A DNA stretch of 20,023 nucleotides, from the NCBI GenBank assembly GCA_044222475.1, contig JBGANF010000149.1, positions 1 through 20,023 on the forward strand, read 5' to 3'. The notes below the pieces were generated by a model. The model was not told where the DNA came from. It did no database searches and saw only the letters and a program-made list of their open reading frames with translations. The position numbers were made by a program, and so were the translations under genes. Position 1 is the first letter of the stretch; each line of letters begins with the position of its first letter. The stretch is from Polyangiaceae bacterium. Lineage in GTDB: Bacteria > Myxococcota_A > Polyangia > Polyangiales > Polyangiaceae. Positions 8,258 to 17,684 of the stretch are shown here, piece by piece.

Positions 8258-9388
8258 GTGCCCCGCATTCTCTACCTCGTGACCGAAGATTGGTATTTCT
8301 GGTCTCACCGGCTGCCGCTGGCGCAAGAAGCGAAGCGTCGCGGCTGGGACGTGATCGTAGCGACGCGCGTCGACAAGCTCGGTGATCGCCTGCGCGCCGA
8401 GGGCTTCCGGGTGATCCCCCTCGAGATGCGACGCCGCAGCACGAGCCCGCGGACCGAGCTCGCCGCGATCCGCGAGCTCGTCGGCATCTACCGCCGCGAG
8501 AAGCCCGACCTGGTGCATCAAGTCGCGATGAAGCCGGTCCTCTACGGCTCCATCGCGGCGCGCATCGCGGGTGTGCCCTTCGTCGTGAACGCGCTCGCGG
8601 GGCTCGGCTACGTCTTCCACTCGAAGGAGCGAAAGGCGCGGCTTCTTCGGCCGGCGATCACCCGAAGCCTGCGCATGTTGCTCAATCGCAAAGGCTCGCG
8701 GCTGATCCTCCAGAACGACGCCGACCGCGAGGCGCTCGTCGGCGGCGGGTTGGTCGACGCGGACCGCGTGCACATGATCCGCGGCGCCGGCGTCGACACG
8801 TCCGCCTTTCGGCCCACCGAAGATCCCGGCGGAGTTCCGGTGGTCGTCCTCGCGTCGCGCATGCTGTGGGACAAGGGGATCGAAGAGTTCGCGTCGGCCG
8901 CGAAGATCCTGAAGGCGCGCGGCGTCGCGGTGCGCATGGCGCTCGTCGGCGACAGCGATCTCGACAACCCGACGAGCGTACCGCGCGAGACGCTCGAGAC
9001 GTGGTCGCGCGAGGGCGTCGTCGAGTGGTGGGGCAAGCGTGACGACATGCCGGAGGTCTTCCGTCAGGCTTCGACCGCGTGCCTGCCGTCGGCGTACGGC
9101 GAAGGCGTGCCGAAGGTGCTGCTCGAAGCAGCGTCGTGCGGGTTGCCGATCGTGACGACCGATACGCCGGGGTGTCGAGACGTGGTCCGCGACGGTGACA
9201 ACGGTGTCCTTGTCCCAATCAGGGATGCCGAGAAGCTGGCCGATGCGATCCAGCGCTTGGTCGACGACCCGGCGAAGCGTCGATCGATGGGGGCGCGCGG
9301 CCGAGAGATCGCGGTGAAGGACTTCGCGGTCGAGCGCGTCGTCGCGGCGACGATGGCGATCTACGACGCGCTCCTCGCGGGGCGCTAG
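8258..9388 (+). CDS. Glycosyltransferase family 4 (CapM/PglA-like)
   Basis: ILYLVTEDWYFWSHRLPLA, KPDLVHQVAMKPVLYG, ILQNDAD, GAGVD, SRMLWDKGIEEF, EGVPKVLLEAA (Ex7E), TDTPGCRDVV. Confidence 0.94.
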   Translation: MPRILYLVTEDWYFWSHRLPLAQEAKRRGWDVIVATRVDKLGDRLRAEGFRVIPLEMRRRSTSPRTELAAIRELVGIYRREKPDLVHQVAMKPVLYGSIAARIAGVPFVVNALAGLGYVFHSKERKARLLRPAITRSLRMLLNRKGSRLILQNDADREALVGGGLVDADRVHMIRGAGVDTSAFRPTEDPGGVPVVVLASRMLWDKGIEEFASAAKILKARGVAVRMALVGDSDLDNPTSVPRETLETWSREGVVEWWGKRDDMPEVFRQASTACLPSAYGEGVPKVLLEAASCGLPIVTTDTPGCRDVVRDGDNGVLVPIRDAEKLADAIQRLVDDPAKRRSMGARGREIAVKDFAVERVVAATMAIYDALLAGR

Positions 9389-9389
9389 G

Positions 9390-11124
9390 ATGTCAGGCCG
9401 GATGACGACCGAGAACCGCAGAAGAGGCATCGTTGCCAACGTCCTTCGCTTGATCGGACGTCGGACGCTCGTCGCTCTCGTGGTGACGGTGCTCGCGTCG
9501 TTCGTGATCGCGGGCGTCGAGCTAGGCGTCGCCACGTTCCTCCAACTCTTCTTGAAGAGCATCGGCGTCCTCGGTGCCGACGTCCACACGCCGTTCTCCG
9601 ATGCGCGCCCATCCGCAGCGACGCTTGCGATCGCGCTGGGTACGATCGCGATCGTTCGCTCGCTCGGCCTCTTTCTGTCCCAACAGAGCGGCTACGTCGC
9701 CATGGAGATGATCAACGCGCGCCTCCGCCGCCTCGCCGTGTGGGACATGCTGCTGCACCCCTCGCGCAGGGTCGTGCCCGCCGCGGCGATCAACGCGCGC
9801 GTCGGCGACCTCGCCGTCAAGTCGTCGCTCTTCTGCTACTACGCGGCCAACCTCCTCGGCGTCGGGGTGCAAGCGCTCGCCTTGATTCCGCTGATGCTCT
9901 TCATGGCGCCTGGCGAGACGCTCGTCGCGCTCGTCGGCCTGGGCGCGGTGGGTGTCTTCGTGCTCTGGGTCAATCGACGAGTCCGGGGCATCACGTCGAA
10001 CGTCCCCGCGGAGCTCCGAGTGCTCACCGAGGGCATCCAACGCGTAGCGCGGAACTCGCTACTCGTGAGGATCCTCCGCACGGAGACCATCGAACACCGA
10101 CGACTCACCACGTCGGTCGACCGCTACGCAGGGTTCATGATCCGCGCCGGCTTCTTGGGGAGCTTCGCCGGCTCGTTGCCCCCGTTCGTCGGCGTGCTGC
10201 TAATCCTGCTCATCGTGGGCCTGAGCCAGGCGGTGTTCCACAGCCCCGGGATGACGCTCGTCGCCTTTCTGTACCTGCTGATCCGGTTCGTGAGCGGCGT
10301 CGCGAACTCTGCGACGCTCTCGTCGAGCGCGAGCACGAATTGGCCTTCGTTCAAGGATAGCCTCGACTATGCGTCCGAATTCGACGACGACCAACTCGAC
10401 GCGGCGATGCTGCCGGAGGGCGAGCTCGTCGGTCGCGCGACGGAGCGCCCGAAGTCGAGCGGTGGAGAACCGCCGGCGATCTCCGTGCGAGACGTTCATT
10501 TTCGCTACCCGGGCGGCGCGACCGAGGTGCTTCATGGAGCCTCCGTGGAGATCGAGAAGGGCTCTCAGCTCGCGATCATCGGTCCGAGCGGGTGCGGAAA
10601 GAGCACGCTCTTGTCTCTCGTGCTCGGGCTGCTCGAACCATCCTCGGGCGACATCGTCGTCGGGGGCGTCGTGCCGACGAAGTACTTCTCGGATCCGCAG
10701 GTTCGAGTCGGCTACGTCGGAGCCGAACCGTTTCTGATCGCTGGGTCCATCCGGGAGAACCTTCGATACGGCGTCTCCGTCGAAGCCACGGATGCTGATC
10801 TCATCGCCGCGCTCGAGAGCGCGGCGATGCGCACGGTCGTCGAGCGCCTGCCCGATGGGCTCGACTACGTGATCGGCGAGGACGGAGGCGGGCTCTCGGC
10901 AGGGCAGAAGCAGCGGCTATGCCTCGCGCGCGCTCCTCAACCAGCCGCTCGTGCTCGTGCTCGACGAAGGTCCGCGAACCTCGACAACCAGACCGAGGTA
11001 GAAATCGCCGACTCGCTGCGCGGCTCCGTGGACGTTGTACCATCATCTTGGTGTCGCACCGAAAAGGCATCATCAAGCACGCGGACAGCGTCGTCGAGCT
11101 AGGCGCGCGCTTTCGAAGGAGTAG
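9390..11124 (+). CDS. ABC exporter, fused permease/ATPase (MsbA/PglK-like, candidate lipid-linked glycan flippase); about 3 apparent indels in the 3' 200 bp, exact end uncertain
   Basis: Multi-TM N-terminal half, Walker A GPSGCGKST, signature LSAGQKQRL. Switching frames at about 10933, 10970 and 11022 restores LLNQPLVLVLDE / SANLD / TIILVSHR / HADSVVEL. The start could also be ATG 9402. Confidence 0.88.
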
Positions 11125-11131
11125 GCAGGCC

Positions 11132-12107
11132 GTGGCGAGCAGCAGTACCGAGAGTCATGGAACGCCGCCGCTCGTGAGCGTCGGGTGTCGATCTACAACG
11201 GTGAAGCGACCCTCCCGCGCGCGCTCGACGGCCTCCGCAAGCAGACGTACCCGAACGTCGAGTTCATCTTCTGCGACGACGGGTCCACCGACTCGAGCCG
11301 CGACATGTGCAAGGAGTTCGCGACCCAGCGGCCCAACGTCCGATACATCGAGAACGAGCACAACCTCGGCGTCGTGGGAAACTACAACAAGCTGATCGGC
11401 CTCGCACGCGGAAGTACTTCATGTGGGCCGACCAGGACGACGTCCGGGATCCACGTTCATCGAGAAGACGGCGGCGGTGCTCGAGGCCGACGAAGGGGCG
11501 GTCCTCTGCCACTCCTACACCGGGGTCTTCTACGGTCCGTTCGATCACCTCATGCACGTCAACACGCTCGACTACATCGACGGGGACGAGAACGTGCTGC
11601 GCCGCTACTGGCGCTTCATGCGCGCCTACTCGGACACGACGATCTACGGGCTCATCCACACGAGCGCGCTCGCTGAACACGTCGCGCTGGCGACCCGACG
11701 TCGGCTCGTCGAACTCGCTGCTCTTCGAGCTGTTGCTTCAGGGCTCGTTCAGGCAGGTCCCGGAGACGCTCTACTACTACTCGGCCAAGGGCGCCCGACC
11801 GAGTCCGGAGGAGGAGCTTCGTCGCTCCAACGGCGAGCGAGCGGTCGTCGAGACGCTTCGACGCCCGTTCGTCACCCTCGCGCTGAATCAGGCGAAGGGC
11901 GTGCTGCACTCCGACCTCTGGCGGTGGCAGAAGGCGGCCTTGCTCGCCGAGCTCGGCAATCACCTCGCCCTCGTCAACGGCGCGAAGGCCACGTTCCGCA
12001 CCGTCGAAGCGCTGCGCGGGAAGCGGGTCACGGGGTGGTTCGAGCGAGCGTGCGCGCTCGCGGTGCACGACGAGGGACATCCACCTCGTCATCTGGTCAA
12101 ACGTTGA
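11132..12107 (+). CDS. Glycosyltransferase family 2 (GT-A fold); at least 4 apparent frameshifts
   Basis: AAGGAG upstream of GTG 11132. Pieces across frames: PLVSVG / SIYNGEATLPRALDGLRKQTYPNVEFIFCDDGSTD...NLGVVGNYNKLIGLARG / KYFMWADQDD / TFIEKTAAVLE...IYGLIHTSAL / LLFELLLQGSFRQVPETLYYY. Breaks near 11185, 11412, 11452 and 11672. Confidence 0.85.
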
Positions 12108-12153
12108 CAACGCGGCTTCGATGACAGGCGCGGCGTCGGCGCTTGCGCCGAAG

Positions 12154-14406
12154 TCAGTCCGCGCTGCAGGCCGGCACGCGCAGGGCACGGCCCCATACCT
12201 TGGACCTACGCCGAGGATGCCGACGCCGACCGGGTCGATAACCAACGTCCCGAGCGCGGCGGCATGCGGAGCACGTCGGTGTGCTTGGGTCGCTGCACGA
12301 GGATCGATCGCCGGCTGCTGGAGCGGCATCACCTTCGCGCAGAGCGGGATTCCATGGTCGCCTGTCCAGGCGTCGCGTTACAAGTGCTGTCCATGCTCGC
12401 GAACGGCGCAGTGTATCGTGTGGTCGATGGCGCCGCCGCCGCCGCATCGTCGGCTGGCAGCAGATGATATAGGCTTGCGTGGAGGTAGGAGCGCGCGCGG
12501 GCGTCGAGCGGAGCGCTACCGTCTGGCGCGACGAGGGCAGGCAGCTGATCGGCCGGCGCCGGCAGCGGCTTGTCGAGCATCCCGATGTGCTCGAGCGTGC
12601 GAAGCTGATTCGAGACGCGGTTCGTCGCTGCATAGACGACGTCGGAGTTCAACTGGAGCGTCTCGGGGCCGAGCGATCCGCCGGCTGCCGCCGTGTGGCA
12701 GCGCGTGCAGTCTCCGCGGCTCGGGTAGTACCACGTCGCGTTGCCGACCTTCCGCGTCTTGTTCGCGGGAAGGAGCCTGGCGTCCGTCTCCGCGTCGTTC
12801 CATTCGTAGCTGTAGCCCTCCCATCCGCCGTCGTCGTGACGCATGAAGAGCCGTGTCTCTACGAGCTTCCCGCCGAGGCGGAAGTGCTTCATCAAGACGG
12901 TTCCGACTGGGAACTCGAAGTCACCGTCCGACCCGACGGTGATCTTCGTGCCGTCGGGGATCGCGAGGAACCGCTCCTTCTCCGCGCCGTCGCTCCACAG
13001 CGGTGACACCGGCGCGAACGGGATCAATCCGGGCTGCGGCCTTCTTCGGATCGGTCGTCGCGGACGCAGCCCGTCTTCGACAGCGTGTCGGGGAACGTGG
13101 AGGGAGGCTCAGGGGCTGCCGGAACGAGCTTGTAGAGCAAGCCCGGGATCGACACGCCGTAGACCTCGCCGTCGTTGTCGGTGTCGAACGCTGCCCAGAT
13201 CCCCCGCTTCCTCGATCGACGATCTCGGTCTCCTCTTCCAGGTGCCGTCGCCTTGATCGGTCAGGTACCAGACACGATTCGACGGGTAGTCGCCGACGAT
13301 GACCTTCCCGACGAGCGAGGGGATCGTCTTGCCGCGATAAACCGGTCCGCCGACCACGGCCGCAAGAGTCTGGTCGCGCGCGTGCTCCCACACCGGGTCG
13401 ATGAGACCGCCGTCGGGCAGTTCGTCGCTGGCTTGAAGCAGTGGCGGCCTTCGCGGAAGTTCCAGCCGTAGTTGCCGCCGCTGGCGATCTTGTCCACCTC
13501 TTCGTAGAGTTCTTCGCCCACGTCACCCACCCAGAGCTGATTGGTCTCGACGATACTGAACCGAAAGGGCTTCGAAAACTGCAGGCGAACGTCGCCGGCT
13601 CGGCGGTCGACGAGTTGGCGAACGGACGGTTGGGGATACCGAACTGTTTTCCCGGACGGGTTGTCCACGTCGATGCGAAGAATCTTCGAGAAATACGAGG
13701 CCGCTTCTGGCCGTTTCGAGCGGGTCTCCTCCAGAGCCGCCGTCCCCTGAACGAGGCGTAGAGATACCCGTCCTTGCCGAAGTGGAGGTCACCGCCGTCG
13801 TGGTTCACGAACGGCTGCTCGAACGGTGGGATGATCCCGACGTAGCTCGACATCGGGAAGGTCGCGCCGTTGTCGGGGCTGGTCAATCGGCACACGACCG
13901 AGCGCATGTCCGTCGAGCCCCCGTACGTTGTGTAGGAGACGTATAGGTACCCGTTCTGCGCGAACTTCGGGTGGAAGGCGAACCCGAGGAGGCCCCCTTC
14001 GCCGTTGAAGTTGACGTTCGGGATCTGCATGACGACAGTCGGCACGTTCGGCGGATTCACGGTGGAGAAGGACTCCATCGTTCCACCGCGGTTCAACGCG
14101 AACATGCGCGTCGAGTCGCCAGGGATCTGCGCGATGTGCAGCGTCGTGCCGATGCCGACGTTGCTGAAGACGCGCTCGAACTTCACGGCTGCCGTGCCGG
14201 GCGGACGCTTCGGCGCAAGGCACGTCGGGTTCGACGGACGCGAGTCGAGCCCGTAGGGCGCCGCAATGGACCGCCGTCGCCGTCCGGCCCGGCGTCGATG
14301 GAGCCGTCGACCGAGGCATCTGGCGTGGGGGCGATGGGGTCGTCCCCGCAGCTCGCGGCGAGCCACCACCTGCGAGAACGACGCCGCAGGCCGTTCGGAT
14401 CCTCAT
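12154..14406 (-). CDS. Probable lipoprotein: glucose/sorbosone (PQQ-dependent sugar) dehydrogenase beta-propeller fused to a c-type heme domain; many apparent frameshifts, 3' end approximate
   Basis: Pieces: MRIRTACGVVLA / LAASCGDD (lipobox-like) / EGGLLGFAFHPKFAQNGYLYVSYT / NHDGGDLHFGKDGYLY / GDGGSGGDP / PFRFS..LWVGDVGEELYEEVD..GGNYGW / GGPVYRG..IVGDY / PLWSDGAEKERF..FPVGTVLMKHF..VETRL / CTRCH (12709-12695) / ARARSYLHA / LGTLVID. Confidence 0.85.
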
Positions 14407-14459
14407 GAGCCATCGTAGCGCGACGGCCTGTGATGGTGAAGACGGCCAAGGCACTGTCG

Positions 14460-15570
14460 TCAGGGCTTGTTGACGACGGCGCTCAGCAGCGCCTCCCCAT
14501 TGATCCAGCACGTTCTTCAAGTGTACGTATCGATGATCCAACGATTCTCCGCAGTCGCAAGGCGGAGGCGACTGGCTGGGTCCGCCATCAACGAGCCGAT
14601 GGCTCGAGCCAGTGAGGCGACGCGATCATTTCCGCGACCAACAGTCCGTTGACGCCGTCTCGAATCAGGCGGTTGGTGCCGGCGCAATCCGCGAATGCAA
14701 CCGCGGGAAGCTGGTGAAGGAGCGCTTCCGCGACGACCAGGCCGAAGCTCTCGTAGAGCGACGGCAGGGCGAAGAGCTGTGCGCGGGCGTACTCCTCGTC
14801 GACGTTGCTCGTGAAGCCAGGCAACTCCACGCGATCGGCAATGCCGAGCTCACGAACGCGGCGTTCGAGTGTCGACCGAAGGCTCCCCTCGCCTACGATT
14901 CGCAGGGTCCACTCGGGGTACGTCGGAGCCACCCTGGCAAACGCGTCGATGAGCGTCAGCTGATCCTTCTGCGGTTCGAGTCGACCAACCGACAAGAGGA
15001 TCTTGGGGACTTCCCTTCGGCGACGACGTCCGCGGCCGCCCCGACGTGGAAGTCGACTGGATTCGCCACCGAAGTCATTTTCCGTCGCAACCAGGGCCGG
15101 TACGCGGTTCTGATCTGGTCGGACACGACCGTCATCCGCCGCGTGACCAACGGCGTGAGGTTCAAGAGTGTGCGTTCGAGCGTTCGTGTCGCGTAGTACT
15201 CGGGCCCGATGTGCTCACTCGCGACGACAGGGATGCCGGTGCCGACCGACGCCAGGCCAAGCGGAACGTAGATGCTGTTCATGAAACCGATTGCCGCGTC
15301 TGGACGAATGCGGCGAAGCATGGCTCGGAGCGCGCGGGTGCGCGCCGCGAAGTCGCCGATCGACGTCTTCGTGTCCGACGCGCCGACGGCCAGATAGTCC
15401 GTGTGGATGCGGTCATCGAATCGGTAGAAGGACGGAGCGTCGCGCGCTTGGCACGTGGCCACGGTTACCGCGTGGCCTCGATCAGCCAAGCCCGATGCCA
15501 CGCTCATCAGCACTCGCTCCGCGCCGCCCCCCTTGCTGTTCAGCGTCTTGATTGCGAAGACGAGGTTCAC
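14460..15570 (-). CDS. Glycosyltransferase family 4 (AmsD/PglJ-like); apparent frameshifts near 15007, 14632, 14520 and 14496
   Basis: GGAGG lies 7 nt before GTG 15570. Motifs GGGAERVL, RPDAAIGFM, PVVASEH, SVANPV, then SVGRLEPQKDQ, LRIVGEGSLR, LPSLYESFGLVVAEA (Ex7E). The tail reconstructs as ...NVLDQW/EALLSAVVNKP* ending at 14460. Confidence 0.9.
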
Positions 15571-15646
15571 GCAGCCGCCTCCGGGCACCAGTACATCTGC
15601 TCGATCCGGTAGCACATTTCGGCAAATGATGGGCTCGATGACGTGG

Positions 15647-15704
15647 CCGACAGCTCTCGAAGTGCGCACAGGTGTTCCACGCGCTCTAGTCGAAGAGCTG
15701 ACCG
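15647..15704. repeat. Imperfect inverted repeat / stem-loop in the intergenic gap
   Basis: CAGCTCTCGA (15651-15660) pairs with TCGAAGAGCTG (15690-15700) with one bulge. Inner AGTGCG/CGCGCT can also pair, with one G-U. Confidence 0.45.
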
Positions 15705-15723
15705 GGCAACTTGCCTCGCCGCG

Positions 15724-17674
15724 CTACGGGGTCGCCGACGAGAGCAGCGGCGCCAAGGACTTCGCCACGAGTGTCGCGCCGTATCGCGACAGATGGTGGG
15801 GGTCGTCGTAGAGCAGGTTGCGGTCGAGGACACCGAAACAGCTCGACGCGTCGCAGAGGACCGCGGCGGGGTCGAAGAACGTCACGTCGAGGCCCTCCGT
15901 CGCTGCGCGGAGGTCGGGCTCGTAGAGCGCGCGCGCGCGGTCCGCGACCGCGCGGTCGAACGGGCAGCGCTCTCCGGCCGCGCCACGCTTGTACGGCCGG
16001 TCGACGCAGCGCGACGGTGCGAACGGTAGCTCGGGCACGTCGAGAACGACGACGACCCGAGCTCCGCCCTTCGCGAGTCGAGCGAACGTCGCTCGCATCA
16101 GGTCTCGGAGCGTCGACGACGGGTCGGGGATGACCCGGCCGTCGTAGTTGCGAGCGAAGAAGCCGCTCAGGACGACGGTCCTCGGCGCGAGCTCGATCGC
16201 GCGATCGATCAGCCGGCCCATCGTCGGCGAGCAACCGAATCGAGCGTCGCTCCCTGGGTTCGTCGCCTCGTAACCTGCGAGCGGAACGCAGCTCCCGCGG
16301 CCGAGGTCGACCGCGGCGAGGGTGGTCGCTGCGGTGATGCCGGAGTAGATTCTCCCAGCGTGCGAGTCTCCGACGACGACGACGTCGGGCTTCGTCGTCG
16401 TGGGTCGGTTCGAGTGGCAGAAGTCCTGCTTGGGGTCGAACTTCGGCGAGAAGAGCGGAGCTTCGGTGGAGCGGCACGCGTCGTTGAACTGATCTTTGTC
16501 GTCGAAGGCGCGAGAGACGTTGTCGACGTTCCACGGGCCGCGTGCGGCGGCGAACCCGCCCGCGAAATGCACGACGAGCCCGAGCGCGAACAGGACGGCG
16601 CTCGCCGCGAGGAGCGAAGACACAACGCCGCGCTTCCAGGTCCCGTGACGGATGGGCGTCTCGAGGAAGCGATAGGTCGCGTACGAGAGGACGAACGCGA
16701 TGGCGACGGCGGCGAGTCGGACCTTCGGCGACGGGATGGCACCCTCGAGGATCCGCGCGAACGTGAGGAGCGGCCAATGCCAGAGGTAGAGCGGGTAGCT
16801 GATGAGGCCGACCCACACCATCAGCCGGTTTCCGAGCACGAACCGGTTCAGAACCGCGTCGGGACCCGCAGCGATCCGCCATCGCCGCGCCGACGGTGGG
16901 GAGGAGAGCCCGCCAGCCGGGGAACGGCACGTCGGCGTTGAACCGAAGCGCCGCCACGGCGACCAGGAGCGCCCCGCCGATCGACAGCGCGTGCCGCCCC
17001 TTGGCCCTGGCCGCTGCGACCCATGACGGCTCGTGCAGCACGAGATAGGCGAGCGAGCTGCCGATGAGCAGCTCCCAGAACCGCGTCACCGGTGCGTAGA
17101 AGGTGGCAACGCGATAGCCGCCGACCATCACCATGTTGAGTGCGAACGAGCTCACGAGGACGATCGCGAGCATCACCGCGATCTTGCTCCGCCGCGCGGA
17201 GTAGAGGAGCAGGGGCCACACGAAGTAGAACTGCTCTTCGATGCCTAGCGACCAGAGGTGGAGCAGTGGTTTCTCCGCGGCGGACGTGTCGAAGTAGCCC
17301 GCCTCGGAGAGCAACACGAAGTTCGCCGAGTAACCGGCCCCCCCCGCGACGTGCTTGCCGAGCGCGGCGTACTCGTCGGGGAGGAGCGTGAACCACCCCA
17401 CCGCGAGGCAGGCGAACAGGACGACGGTGAGCGCGGGGAAGATCCGCCTCACGCGGCGGACGTAGAAGTCCTTGAAGCTGAAGCGGTCGCGCTCGAGGTT
17501 CTGAATGATGATCGTCGAGATGAGGAAGCCCGAGATCACGAAGAACACGTCGACACCGACGAAGCCGCCGCGCGCCAAACCCGGGAACGCGTGGAACGCG
17601 ACGACCGCGAGGACTGCGACGGCGCGCAGACCATCGACGTCGGGCCTGTACTTGGGAGATCCTTCGGCGCTCAT
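15724..17674 (-). CDS. Acyltransferase-3 plus SGNH fusion (OafA/OatA-like O-acyltransferase); one apparent frameshift at about 16880
   Basis: YRPDVDGLRAVAV, GGFVGVDVFFVISGFLI, FYVRRVRRIFPAL, HLWSLGIEEQFY, RFWELLIG. After the shift: GLISYPLYLWHWP, SGNH block GDSHA, and catalytic DPHH (DxxH). Confidence 0.92.
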
Positions 17675-17684
17675 GGATGGATGC

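Noticed and set aside
15686..16880. Arg-rich C-terminal half of the 662-aa ORF
   Set aside because: Out-of-frame read-through after the frameshift. The true continuation is the SGNH-containing frame ending at 15724.
6880..16890. Programmed frameshifting or phase variation explaining the broken genes
   Set aside because: The breaks are numerous and scattered, lack long homopolymer tracts or slippery heptamers, and include local garbling, so read error is more parsimonious.
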